This document shows, piece after piece, positions 1-12,990 of a stretch of DNA of 64,000 nt. Source of the stretch: Octopus vulgaris (lineage: Eukaryota); the NCBI GenBank assembly GCA_951406725.2, contig OX597834.1:42532001-42596000 (forward strand), written 5' to 3'. Each line of letters opens with the position of its first letter. The first letter of the stretch is position 1. The position numbers were made by a program, and so were the translations under genes. Below the pieces are notes generated by a model. It had not been told where the DNA came from, ran no database searches, and worked only from the letters and a program-made list of their open reading frames with translations.

Positions 1-310
1 GGGTTAGGTGGCGCTGGGGTGAGGTAAATAGATGTAACAAATAAATTGAGAGAGTGAGAGAGAAAGGTGAGAGAGAAGACTAGAATTAACGGGAGGGGGA
101 ATGTGAGAGATGGGTAGAGAGAGAGAGAGAATAGAGAGTGGAGAGGTATACAGAAAGAATAGAGGTGGAGAAAAGGAATCGAGATAAGAAGGAAGATAAG
201 ACGAGAGAGAGAGAGAAAGATTATATAAAGGATATAGATTGAGATAGAGAGATAGACTGATAGATAGAAAGAGAGAGAGAGAGAGAGAGAAGAGAGCAAC
301 GAGTGGTGAG
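1..310. repeat. Purine-rich (GA)n-like low-complexity tract
   Basis: Runs of gaga/gata visible directly. Confidence 0.85.
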
Positions 311-902
311 AAAAAGTGTGACTGAGATTTGGTAAGAACAGCTGTGGAGATAAACTGCGCCTAAGATGGCGGTACAAAAGTTGTGATAAAAACAAAAACA
401 TAGCAACGACAACAACGACAATAAGAAGAAGAGAAGTAGTGATCGCTCAAGCTGCTAAACATAGCAGACTAATCTCCTTTCCCAAGGTCTTATCTAACTG
501 TATTACAAAAAAGATTTTAAAAATTTCACTGGACGACAACGGAAAATACACACACAAGACATGGCAATGCTCTTCCCTCATCAGTGATCATCCGAAAATC
601 ATTACGATTTCGAGCCTTTATCTTACACACAGAGAAATACAATAGACTGCTTCGTCTGATTTAACTATTGTCTGAATAGAAAACTGAATGAATGGTGGTC
701 ACCAGTGGAACGTCTTTGACATAAATCATAACGACATATATCCTAGGGTTAAACAACAGCAAAAATAAATATCATCGGTAACTGCAGTAAAACAACAGTC
801 ACGAGAAAAACAACAACAATAAAAAAATCAAGGCAAAAACACCATCAAATATAACAATATAAGGATGAAGGGCAATGTCGCCTTCACCAGAATATGATCA
901 CA

Positions 903-974
903 GTACGTAAAGACGGACAGAATGCCGCTAAGAATTTTGCCTGACGTGCTAACGACTCTGCCTGCTTACCGACC

Positions 975-975
<1 letters not shown>
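903..975 (-). mobile_element. Meta-domain SINE (family A) 5' fragment
   Basis: Diverged reverse complement of the family A head (cgtaaagacggacagaatgccgctaag...gtgctaacgactctgcc). Confidence 0.7.
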
Positions 976-1005
<30 letters not shown>

Positions 1006-1008
<3 letters not shown>

Positions 1009-1244
1009 TGCAGCGTGGAAGGTGTTTGTAAGCCATTTAAGAAACACACAAAAGCCGTTCGATTCACTTCAACATTTAAGTTTAATTAAGTTTAATCCGT
1101 GCTGCACGCATTTTTTGTCAGTGAACAGGTCGCGGTCTTAAAGCGACGAAAATATTTTGGCAAATTAAACTTAAATGTTGAAGTGAATCGAACGGCTTTT
1201 GTGTGTTTCTTAAATGGCTTACAAACACCTTCCACGCTGCAATT
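1006..1244. repeat. Perfect 82-bp inverted repeat (arms 1006-1087 and 1163-1244), probable Penelope-like pLTR remnant
   Basis: Arms are exact reverse complements (aattgcagcgtggaagg...tttaatt / aattaaac...gctgcaatt). The spacer holds a hammerhead-like motif, and the whole unit sits between two (AAT)n tracts. Confidence 0.85.
1114..1164 (+). ncRNA. Minimal type I hammerhead ribozyme-like motif, G3:C8 core variant
   Basis: Stem I tttgtca/tggcaaa; core GTGAACA (1121-1127); extra G; stem II gtcgc/gcgac; GAA; palindromic stem III AATATT; H17=T (1157). Confidence 0.65.
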
Positions 1245-1301
1245 GTTTTCGTTTCAGCACACGATCTCAAATCAAATCACTTGCTATGCAAGTACATCTC
1301 C

Positions 1302-1336
<35 letters not shown>

Positions 1337-1354
1337 TTAATAATAATAATAATA

Positions 1355-1683
1355 ACTTGCCCTGATGTAATACCAGGCAGTGGCTCTCGTAGCTTCTGAT
1401 CTTAACTGATTGGAAGTGTTATCATATATTGTTTTGTCTTGGTATAAAAGATGGGCTACAGCAAATATTCTGCTCAATACCACAGATTTGCTTGTCAGTT
1501 GTTTGACCTTAACCAGTTGCTGACGATGTGTGCATCTCTGACCACAAACAGGAGTAGTGGGGGAGCATCATAGCCGTGTGCTGAAAGGAATTCTTTGAGG
1601 TTTGGATAACTCACCTCTGGAAACATGGGTGTTTCATTCAACATCCTTAAACAACCCTTATTCAGGGACGTTTTGAGCAGGAG
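1355..1683 (-). mobile_element. Probable unclassified retroposon fragment
   Basis: Complex sequence abutting an (AAT)n tract that would be a 3' tail on the minus strand; no domain recognised. Confidence 0.25.
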
Positions 1684-2112
1684 GATACATATGTAGGTAT
1701 GTGTGTATGTACATTTCTTTCACCGCTCTTTTAATCATTTCTCTTTTATTTATTTATGCATTTTATTCTGTCTAATTAACTAAATAATTAATTAATTTTA
1801 CTTTTTAATGATATTATGTATTATTTGAGTTTATCATTTGAATTTATTTCAATTTTTCTCAAAATGAACGAATAATTCACAATTTATACAAAAATTTATC
1901 TATGATATGACATTGTTAATTATTTTTGTTACGTAAATAATTAAAACTATTGTCTACGCTAAGAAAGTTTAAATTATTTTGCGAATTATGTTTATAAAAT
2001 TAATTACTTAATTAAAAAATTAACATTATTGGTGAGAAACTTTCAGTTATTTCTGTTAATTATAATATTAAGTCTTACTGGATAAAACTGACTGTACGTT
2101 TGGGGTTTTGCC

Positions 2113-2760
2113 TATGTATGTATGTATGTATGTATGTATGTATGTATGTATGTATGTATGTATGTATGTATGTATGTATGTATGTATGTATGTATGTATG
2201 TGTATGTATGTATGTATGTATGTATGTATGGATGGATGGATGGATGTAAGAATGTAGTTATGTATGTACGTAGTTATGTATGTACGTAGTTATGTATGTA
2301 TGTAGTTATGTCTGTGTGTCTGTGTGTCTGTTTGTCTGTGTGTCTGTGTGTATGTATGTATGTATGTATGTATGTATGTATGTATGTATGGATGGATGGA
2401 TGTAAGAGTAGTTATGTATGTAGTTATGTATGTATGTAGTTATGTATGTATGTATGTAAGAATGCAGTTATTTCTGTCTGTCTGTCTGTTTGTGTGTATG
2501 TATTGTATGCATGTATGCATGGATTTATGCATTTATGTCTGTATGCGTGCGTTTGTGTTTATGTATGTATGTATGTATGCATGTATGTATGTATGTATGT
2601 ATGTATGTATGTATGTATGCGCAAGTGTTATGTATGTATGTATGCATGTACGTATTCATTTATGCATGTATGTATGCATGTATGTATGTATGTATGTATG
2701 TATGTATGTATGTATGTATGTATGTTTGTATGTATGCGTAAGTGTTATGTATGTATGTAT
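2113..2760. repeat. (TATG)n compound microsatellite
   Basis: Direct tandem repeats. Confidence 0.95.
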
Positions 2761-3017
2761 ACGCACTGGGGTCGATATGATCGTCTTAATCAGTTTGTCT
2801 GTCCTTGTTTGTCCCCTCTGTGTTTAGCCTCTTGTGGGCAATAAAAGAAATATGTATTTCGTCTGTTTTTATGTTCGGACTTCAATTTCTGCCGAGGTCG
2901 ACTTTGCCTTTCATCCTTTCGGGGTCGATAAATTAAGTACCAGTTGCATACTTCAGTCGATCTAATCGATTAGTCCCCACTCCAAAAATTTCGTGCCTCA
3001 TGACTAGAGTAGAAAGA
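2761..3017 (+). mobile_element. Meta-domain SINE (family A), tail1-body-tail2 arrangement
   Basis: Contains gaggtcgactttgcctttcatcctttcggggtcgataaattaagtaccag, matching the Meta domain of MetaSINEs; many copies in the window. Confidence 0.85.
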
Positions 3018-3396
3018 ATAATAACGCCAAAACTGGTTCAATTATATTTCTTTGGACAAGTGATTCTTCCAAGACACAGCAAGATTTGTGTCAGCGCATG
3101 AATTCAAATGAAGAACCTTGCAAACCAAACACAAGATCGTTCCAATAATCATGGATGGTGCAGGTTCAACATAGACAGAAGTGTCGCGCCACATGGATCG
3201 GCTGGACATCAGAAGAGACAGGCGAGTGCTCCAAAAAACTGCTTTCTTCAGAAGAGATGAAGTTAGAATCGGTATTTACTGTGTAAGACTTTTCGTCCAG
3301 CTTTGAAATCCCCTGTTGCAACGGAAACAAGTAACAAAAACGCTTATTTTGGATCCAACAGTAACATACGGATATATACATGCATTCACTCACAAT

Positions 3397-3427
<31 letters not shown>

Positions 3428-3442
3428 ACACACATATATATA

Positions 3443-3644
3443 CTCTTTACTTGTTTCACTCATTTGACTACGACCCTACTGGAGCACCGCCTTTAGTCGA
3501 ATCAAATCGACCCCAGGACTTATTCTTTGTAAGCCTAGTACTTATTCTATCGGTTTCTTTTGCCGAATCGCTAAGTTACGGGGTCGTAGACACACCAGCA
3601 TAGGTTGTCAAGCGATGTTGGGGGACAAACACAGATCCACAACA

Positions 3645-3717
<73 letters not shown>

Positions 3718-3870
3718 TACGACGGACTTCTTTCAGTTTCCATCTACCAAATCCACTGACAAGGCTTTGGTCGACCTGAGTCTATGGAAGAAGACACTTG
3801 CCCAAGGTGCCACGCAGTGAGAATGAACCCGGAAACATGTGGCTGGTAAGCAAGTTACTTACCACACAGC
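3443..3870 (-). mobile_element. tRNA-derived CORE-like SINE (family B) with internal microsatellite
   Basis: Minus strand: gctgtgtggt A-box-like head, gggttcattc B-box-like motif, ccttgggcaagtgtctt CORE-like motif, internal (TA)n(TG)n and conserved tail. Confidence 0.85.
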
Positions 3871-4141
3871 TTCACACGCACATATATGTGTGTGTGTGTG
3901 TGTGTGTGTTGTGTGTGTGTGTGTGTGTGTACTAATATATATACCCATTTGCATACATGTATATATGTATATATCAATATAAAATAGTGGTACAAGTGCG
4001 CCAATAGTTACTGGAAACAGCAGTCGATAATATACGACACTTTAGTAAAGCTTCATTGTATACATATACTGGTAAAGATGTTTGCGACGGTGAACATCAA
4101 GAAAATTTCATCTGTACGAAGAATATTAAATAACTGTGGAT

Positions 4142-4217
4142 AATCTAGGATCTAGGTTTCGAACTTTCCAAATTATGTTTATTAACGTAAATTTGATTAG
4201 TTCTCTTCGGCTAGACT
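4142..4217 (-). ncRNA. Hammerhead ribozyme-like motif (U4C core, probably decayed)
   Basis: Minus strand: agtctag CCGAAGA gaact...agttc GAA acctagat C ctagatt; 7-bp stem I, extended stem II, near-palindromic stem III. Confidence 0.6.
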
Positions 4218-4256
4218 CACCTAGACAAAATTTCGAATGATGCTGCATCAGTGCCA

Positions 4257-4294
<38 letters not shown>

Positions 4295-4318
4295 GTGTGT
4301 GTGATTGTGTATAGAAGA

Positions 4319-4732
4319 ATATATTAATAAAAGAATTCAACCTTGTCTGATTTTCACGTTTTATTTACAATCTTATAATGATATATTATAAGATAATATA
4401 TTATATTGAATAAAATAAAATGAAATAGTAGAATGTTAAATATTCATTCTGATTGAACTAGTACTTTCATGCATTGAATTCATCTTCGGGTTCATGTAGT
4501 AGTGTTGACAGTCATGCTTCACAATTTTTGACATCAAAAATTGCATGACTGTCAACACTACTACATGAACCGAAGATTGCAGAATTCAATGCATGAAAGT
4601 ACTAGTTCAATCAGAATGAATATTTAACATTCTACTATTTCATTTTATTTATTCAATTATAATATATTATCTTATAATATATCATTATAAGATTGTAAAT
4701 AAACGTGAAAATCAGAAAGGTTGAATTTTTTA

Positions 4733-4741
<9 letters not shown>
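4319..4741. repeat. ~420-bp imperfect palindrome centred at 4532/4533 with an HHR-like motif in each arm
   Basis: Arms are reverse complements apart from a few small differences, mostly indels; centre caatttttga-ca-tcaaaaattg. HHR-like motifs at 4566-4609 (+) and 4454-4494 (-). Confidence 0.85.
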
Positions 4742-4770
<29 letters not shown>

Positions 4771-4813
4771 CATGCATACATGCATACATACATGTATGCA
4801 TGCATACATACAA

Positions 4814-4844
<31 letters not shown>

Positions 4845-4888
4845 CATATATATACATACATACATACATACATACATACATACATACA

Positions 4889-4953
<65 letters not shown>

Positions 4954-5062
4954 GCATATATATATAAGCGTACAATTACATATGTATGTATGTGTATGTA
5001 TACATATATATACGTTTTCGCAAACGTATAGATACACACGCATACATATGCACGCACGCACT

Positions 5063-5120
<58 letters not shown>
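4741..5120. repeat. (TA)n/(TACA)n/(CA)n compound microsatellite
   Basis: Direct tandem repeats. Confidence 0.95.
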
Positions 5121-5121
<1 letters not shown>

Positions 5122-5804
5122 ACATGCTGTCTGACCATTCGCACACTCTCCGAGGCAGCAGCAAACTCCTCTTCTTAATAAGAAGCCATATTGTTGTCTT
5201 CCAAATTCGAGTTTCCCTTCCGGCTAACCAAAAGCAAACTGTGTATTTTAAATAGCGCCATTGATGTGTACGTCTTCTCGATTTGCAGCAAGTTGGAGAG
5301 AAGTGGTGGTGGGGAGAGGTGTTGAGAAGACAGGAGGGCAAGGAGGAGTAGCGCTTAGGAAGAAGTTGTATTTGGTTGTGGTAGACTTATGATTGTATTG
5401 TCGTTATATCAAGGAGCTTCGGATGTAGAAATGAGAAACACAGACACCGAAAAACACCCCCCGCCACACACGCAGACTCATAGACACAGACATACGAATA
5501 CACACACAAACGCACACGCATATGCGCATACATTGAGAACTGGCTGTTTTATGTACATGGAAACAATGAATGTAAACTGGATAAGGGAACCGGGGATGGA
5601 GCAGGAGCCTTACAATGCTATTGGAAATAACCCTCAGATTTCGACGGGTGTGACGCACATACGCAGACACCCACACATGCACATGCACTCAAATACACAT
5701 GCACACACAAATACACAGACACACACACACAGATACAAACACACACACATATAGTGTGTATGTGTATACATAGAGATTATCAAATCATTTGTATGTTTAG
5801 TCTT

Positions 5805-6160
5805 TTGTTCCTTTATTATTTTCAGTTGTTTGACTCCACAGGTCTTACTCTTTGTAAGCCTGGTGGTTATTCTATCGGCCTGTTTTGCCGAGCCGCTATG
5901 TTACGGGGACGTAATCACACCAACATTGTTTATCAAGAGATGCTGGGGGACAAACACAGACACAGACACACATACATACATATGTATAAATATATACAAC
6001 GGGCTTCTTTCAGTTTCCGTCTACTGAATCCATTCACAGTGTTTTGATAGGCCCGAGGCTATAGCAGAAGGCACTTGCCCAAGGTGCCAAGTAGCGGGAC
6101 TGAACCCGAACCATGTGGTTCGTAAGCAAACTTCTTACCACACCGTCACGCCTGGCTCTC
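5805..6160 (-). mobile_element. SINE family B copy (diverged)
   Basis: Colinear similarity to other family B copies. Confidence 0.8.
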
Positions 6161-6189
6161 TATGTATGTATATCCTTTATCTTTTATCT

Positions 6190-6362
6190 GTTATCTCTGG
6201 GGGTAGGAGCTAGTCGATTACATCAACCCCAGTTCATCGACCCCGAAAGGATGAAAAGCAAATTCGACCTCGGGAGAATTTGAACTCAGAACACGAAGAC
6301 GGACGAAATCCTGTTAAGCATTATCCCCGGCGCGGAAACAATTCTGCCAACTCGTCGTCTTC
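6190..6362 (-). mobile_element. Meta-domain SINE (family A), diverged
   Basis: cgaccccgaaaggatgaaaagcaaattcgacctc is the Meta domain reverse complement. Confidence 0.8.
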
Positions 6363-6401
<39 letters not shown>

Positions 6402-6917
6402 GTGATGATGATGATGATGATGATGATGCTGACAATGCTCAAGAAATGATGATGGTGTCATTACAATGATGACGATGATATAAAATCATTTTTAAATTTC
6501 GTTTGAAAAAAAAATGTAAAGTGGGTAAATTGTGAGAATAATTTTTATTTCGTTTGATCTCGTTGAAACTGACAGACATGTTGGCTTCCTGTTCAACTCG
6601 GTTCCAATTCTTTCTTTCGCTTTTTGTTGCCCAGCTTCCTCTCTAGCATCCGCACACTCTTCTCTCTCAATTCTGCTCTCTCTCTCTGTCTCTCTGTCTC
6701 TCTCTGTCTCTCTGTTTATGTGCATATGAATGTGTGTGTTTATGTATGTATTTATGTATGCATCTATGTATATATATATATATATAATATATATATACAC
6801 GCACACACATACATATAAATGTGTGTGTATATATGTATGTATATATTTGTATGTATGTGTGTATATATTTATGTGCATGTATATACATATATATATATAC
6901 ATATATATACATGTGTA

Positions 6918-6957
<40 letters not shown>

Positions 6958-7103
6958 TAGATAGATACATAAATACATACATATATATATATGTATGCAT
7001 AAATATATATATGTATTTATATAGAGATCAATAAATGGTGGGGTTGTATTTATATATATATATATGTATATAAATATTTATCCACACATATACACACACA
7101 CTT

Positions 7104-7138
<35 letters not shown>

Positions 7139-7325
7139 GTATATATATACATACATACACTCTGAGAGATTGAGATAGAGGAAATGAGGGACATTCAAAC
7201 ACAGAGACAACTGTGTATAAAGAATGGAAGATAATGCGTGTATAGATATATATATATACATACATTCTTAAATGCATGCATACATACAAACGTACATACA
7301 TACAGACAGACAGACAGACAGACAG

Positions 7326-7371
<46 letters not shown>

Positions 7372-7581
7372 TTATACACATATACACACATATATACACA
7401 TATATTTGCGCACAAACGCTCTTCGTTTCTCTCAACTGCCCCTCTCCACACTTTTATTTCATTGAGGAAAGCAAAAACACGGAATAAATAAATAAACGAA
7501 AGGTAAAACTCAACTTAAAATAATTACAAAAATATTAGAACAGAATAATAATAATAATAATAATGATGATGATGATGATGA

Positions 7582-7612
<31 letters not shown>

Positions 7613-7835
7613 AAGAAGAAGAAGAAGAAGATATATGAGGAAGAAGAAAAGGACGAGGAAGATTTTATTCATTCCAATTGCAATACAACTTCAAAAATTG
7701 CGAAAAATAAAACAAACTGATATACATACATTCAGTCATACATACAAACATATATATATATATATATATTTATAATCATAATATACGCTTAAGTTTTATA
7801 AGCGATCACTGTGTATTGACTAAACAAAATAGTCT

Positions 7836-8048
7836 AAAATTCTTTTCTGTTCTAGGCACAAGGCCCGAAATTTTTGGGGAGGGGTCAGTCGATTAAGATC
7901 GACCTCAGTACGTAATTAATTTATCGACCACGAAATGCTGAAAGGCAAAGTCGTCCTCGGCGGAATTTGAAGTCAGAACGTAAAGACAGACGAAATACAG
8001 CTAAGCATTTCGCCCGGAGTGCTAACGTTTCTGCCAGCTCGCCGCCTT
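7836..8048 (-). mobile_element. Meta-domain SINE (family A), full length with 10-bp TSD
   Basis: Head gcggcgagctggcagaaacgttagc on the minus strand; TSD aaaatagtct at 7826-7835 and 8049-8058. Confidence 0.9.
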
Positions 8049-8317
8049 AAAATAGTCTGATACTACGGCATATAAATCTCCGACGAAAAAGAAGTAGTGA
8101 GTTTTATTCTGGATGCGTGGGACACGAGCCCATACCTGAATATTTTCGCGACAAGTGTGCTACCATTTACACCAACGTACCTACTCACTGCTTCCTGTTT
8201 GATTTAAGAACAGTAGTTTCCTAGTGTTGTTTTTTAAGCAAACAAGCATGTGCGTCTTCTGTGACAATTTGAGAAGCGGTGATGAGTGAGAATTCCGTAA
8301 ATTTGTGTTTTCTTCGC

Positions 8318-8668
8318 GGCACTCCGTCGGTTACGACAGCGAGGGTTCCAGTCGATCCCATCAACGGAACAGCCTGCTCGTGAAATTAACATGCAAGTGG
8401 CTGAGCACTCCACAGACACGCGTACCTTTAACGTAGTTCTCAGGGATATTCAGTGTGACACAGAGTGTGACAAGACTGGCCCTTTGAAATACAGATACTA
8501 CAGAAACAGGAAGAAAGAGTGAGAGAAAGTTTCGGTGAAAGAGTAGACTGCCGGAACGTCGTGGAGCTTTAGGTGTTCTTCGCTCAATAAACACTCACAA
8601 CACCCTGTCCGGGAATCGAAACCGCGAATATACGACTCCGCTGCCCTAACCACTGGGCCATTGCACCT
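8318..8668 (-). mobile_element. tRNA-derived SINE family C (tail type 1)
   Basis: Head tgcaatggcccagtggttagggcagcgga and B box ggtttcgattccc; tail ends cgtaaccgacggagtgcc, as in the 23720 and 44768 copies. Confidence 0.85.
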
Positions 8669-8737
8669 ATACAGTTTTGTAAATAATTGTAATAGGTTAT
8701 AAGCCTTAATCTTGGAAGCGATCACCGTGTATTGAAA

Positions 8738-9102
8738 AGGCGTTGCTGTGCGGTAAGACGTTTGTTACCCAGTTGCATGGTCCCGGGTTCAGTTTCACTC
8801 CGGTACCTTGGACCAGTGTTTTCTACTATAGTCTTGGTCTGGCCAAAGTGTTGTGTGTGCATTTCGTTGATAGAAACTGAAATATATATATACTCTTTTA
8901 CTTGTTTCAGTCATCTGACCGCGGCCATGCTGGAGCACCGCCTTTTTATCGAGCAACTCGACCCCGGGACTTATTCTTTATGTAAGCCCAGTACTTATTC
9001 TATCGGTCTCTTTTGCCGAACCGCTAAGTAACGGGGACATAAACACACCAACATCGGTTGTCAAGCAATGCTAGCGGGACAAACACAGACACACAAACAC
9101 AT

Positions 9103-9137
<35 letters not shown>

Positions 9138-9304
9138 CATATATACGACGGGCTTCTTTCAGTTTCCGTCTACCAAATCCACTCACAAGGCTTTGGTCGG
9201 CCCGAGGCTATAGTAGAAGACACTTGCCCAAGGTGCCACGCAGTGGGACTGAACCCGGAACCATGTGGTTGGTAAACAAGCTACTTACCACACAGCCACT
9301 CCTG
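8738..9304 (-). mobile_element. SINE family B: full minus-strand copy (8893-9304) abutting a plus-strand 5' half (8738-8880)
   Basis: Near-consensus copy plus a diverged inverted head. Confidence 0.85.
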
Positions 9305-9949
9305 ATATATGATAACCTACCACCATGCATATAACTGCGGTTAAATGTATATGTGTGAACGTGTGTGTTGATACCTTTATCTACACATGAACGAGTGTTT
9401 ATGTGTATTTATGTATGTCTGTGCTTATTAGTTATCATTTTCAAAGTCAACTTGCGCAAGTCTGTGAGCTTGTGTACGTGAGTCTATATATATATATATT
9501 TATATATATGTATGTCCGTACTTATGCATGCATGTATGTATAGGTGCATGTGCGCATGTGTGTCAGTAATTTTCCTTAGACGTATGCGTAAGTTTGTGCA
9601 GCCGTTGATGTTGACAATGAACGTATTTTGTGTAAGGTTTCTCAAAAGATCTGAAGTTAAAAGCTTTTGTTTAGATTTGGAGATACGCAGATGGTGTTGG
9701 GGAAGAACCGCGCTGACTGCAGCAGCAGCAACAACAACAACATCAACAATAGCGGCAGTTACATCGGCTGCAATATTATTACACCTGCAACTATAACTGC
9801 AGCGACAACAACTGTTACAGACGTAGCAAAGAAGAACATCAACAACAATATCACCACCAATCTTAATACTTAGAACAACAACAACAGCAGCAAGAAGAAC
9901 AACAACAACACAAGTAACAACCGCAGCATAATCAATATCGAACAGAAAA

Positions 9950-10515
9950 TATTGGCTTCAACTTTTGGCACAAGGCCAGCAATATCGAAGGAGGGTTGAA
10001 GTCGATTTCATCCACTCCAATGTTCAACTGGTACTATTTTATCGACCACGTGAGGATGCCTAAAGTTAGTTCCGGTGGCTTTTGAATTCAGACCGTAAAA
10101 ATCGGAAGAAATGGTGTTAAGCATCTTGTCTGGCGTTCTAACGATTCTGCCAACTGGCCGCCTTTTCGGGAAGAAAATATCGGTTTCAAATTTTGACACA
10201 AAGCTAGCAAATTATGGGGGTCGAGGGAACTAGAGTCGATTACATCTACTCCAGACCTCAACCGGTGCTAATTTCGTCGGCTCTCTTGGGGATTAAAGGC
10301 AAAGTTACCGTCGGCGGAATTTGAACCTAGAATGTAAAGAAAGACGAAATGCCGCTAAATATTTTGCTGGCTGTGCTAACGATTGTGCCAGCTCGTCGGA
10401 TCGACCGAAGGCAAGAGTAGAAGACACTTGCCCAAGGTGCCACGCAGTGGGACTGAACCTGGAACCATGTGGTTGCGAAGCAATCTTCTTACCACACAGC
10501 CACGCTGGCGCCTAT
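9950..10515 (-). mobile_element. Two degenerate family A SINEs followed by a family B head
   Basis: Recognisable Meta-domain remnants and gacacttgcccaaggtgccacgcagtgggactgaacc. Confidence 0.7.
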
Positions 10516-11437
10516 ACGTGAAGGAAAATTTTTCCCATAGAATCAGACAGACCGAAGTCTGACAGAATTAATATCTTGATGATAAACGTACATTACATAA
10601 GATATTCTATCGAATTCAGTAACCTACAGACTCAAAAATAATTGAAACGTTTTGCGTGTCTTCAACACTTACCATCGAAACAATATCGCGAATAAAGAAT
10701 CTGGCGACAATGAGAACCGAATCGTATTTAAACTCCTGGTCTACAATGTAATGTTTTTCCGATCTGTTTATATTATTTTCACTACTATACACATCTGATA
10801 TTATTGTTCTTTCAATCCAAATTTATTGTACTTTATAAACAGATAGCAACACACAACCTTATATTTTAGCAATTCCAACCATGATTATTTTGCTTTGCAT
10901 GGCATATCTTGCTGTATATAATTTTGTTTTATTGCAAAAATATATATTTTTATTCTTTCCTGTTCTGGCTATATTTCCTCCATTAATGTTCTTTTAATTA
11001 TGTATGTTGTACAATGTTTTGTTTTCATATCCATTATAAATCCATTATAAAAATGTTCTCTTTTGCTGGGATTAACATGCCGCCCACTTAATTCGTACGT
11101 CATAAAATAAGAACTACAGTCGCTGATCGTATAAAAGTGTCTATTAAAACAAAGACTCACTGTATATTTTAGTTTATACATATATATATATATATATCCA
11201 GAGAGAGTAATAACAGGAACTCAAAGATTCATTCAGATCTCACATTAAGCTCTTCGCCAAGTACATGGCTATCAAGAATAGCTGTGGCTAAGGATAGGAT
11301 GAAACGTGCTAACGTTTCTGCCAGCTCACCGCCTTACTGACCTGTATACGTGCTGATAGATAAATCAGCTTGGTGGTTGAATAGTCCTACACTCAGCATT
11401 GAAGAAAACATTTACTCAAGGAAGAAGGTTAATTCTG

Positions 11438-11652
11438 AAGGTGGCGCGTTGGCAGAAACGTTAGCACTCCGAGCAAAATGCTTATGTTCTGAGTTCAAAT
11501 TCCGCCGAGGTCGACTTTGCCTGTCATCCTTTCGAGGTCGATAAATTAAGTACCAGTTGCACACTGGGGTGGATGTAATCGACTGAATCCGTTTGTCTGT
11601 CCTTGTTTGTCTTCTCTGTGTTTAGCCCCTTGTGGGCAATAAAAAAATAAGA
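11438..11652 (+). mobile_element. Meta-domain SINE (family A)
   Basis: Head, B box gagttcaaattcc, Meta domain, tail1. Confidence 0.85.
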
Positions 11653-11861
11653 AGGATAATCCTGGATTTACAGAAGTTGACTTATTGGCCCAGATAGCTC
11701 TACTTCGGTTGGAACATCTCAGTTAAGACTTATGTCCTTCCTGTTGTCTTTCGAGCTTGCTTTGTCATACAAGTTTCTGTGTAAAGTTCTTAACAGATAA
11801 CTTTTGTAATTTGTCCTTCCAATGTTTCCTCAATTTTTCATCCTTGTGGCAAATATATAAA

Positions 11862-12548
11862 CGACGACGATGATGATGATGACGACGACGATGATGATGA
11901 TGATGATGATGATTATGTGGAGAATGATAGCGCTGATGTTGTTGTCTACTGTGTAGGCAATGTAGATGACGTCGGTGGTGATGCTAATGATTGTAAATTA
12001 TGATGATGATCATGAATATATAAACGATGATGATGATGATGATGATGGGGATGATACTGCAATGGGATGTCAGTGACGTTGATGGTGATGGTGAGGATGC
12101 TGATAATGCCGGTGGTGATACAAGTGGTGGTCGTAGTGAGAGAGAGATAGTGATGATGAGGATGATGATGAGGAGTAGGAGGGGACGACACAGATGACGA
12201 CGACCACAAAGAAGACGATGACAATGATGAGGAAAATGACGATGATGCTGATAACGAGGACGATGTGAAGATGATGATGACGACGACGGCGATGATGATG
12301 ATGATGATAATGATGATACTGATGACGAATATGATGATGATAACGACAGCGATGAGGATTATGATGATGACAACGATGATGATAATGACGATGATGACCA
12401 TGATGATGAGGATGATGATGACGATTACGATGACCATGGCGATGATAACGATGATGATGATGTCGTTGATGACGACGGTGACGATGACTATAATGCCGAT
12501 GATGACAATGATGACGACGAAGACGACGATGATGATGATGACGATGGC
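11862..12548. repeat. Degenerate (GAT/GAC)n trinucleotide array
   Basis: Direct tandem repeats. Confidence 0.9.
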
Positions 12549-12647
12549 GGAATTTCAAAGCAGCATAAAACTTTTGTACGCTGAAATTTTATTTATCAAA
12601 AAATTTAAAAGATACTTCTGTTTCATCTACCTCCTCTATCTCTGTAA

Positions 12648-12731
<84 letters not shown>

Positions 12732-12887
12732 CTATATATAATACATATAATATATATATATATATAATATATATATATGTATGTATGTATATACACATAT
12801 ACTAAGGAAAATGAAGAATTTAATATTAAAAACGGTCAAAATTATCTCAAAAAGAGGGCATATATGCATATGTACATATATAGATAG

Positions 12888-12932
<45 letters not shown>

Positions 12933-12947
12933 CATACATATGTATGC

Positions 12948-12990
<43 letters not shown>

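Noticed and set aside
3166-3313. Possible minus-strand exon after ttgtttccgttgcaacag
   Set aside because: Good acceptor-like site and 48 open codons, but no recognisable protein similarity or convincing donor.
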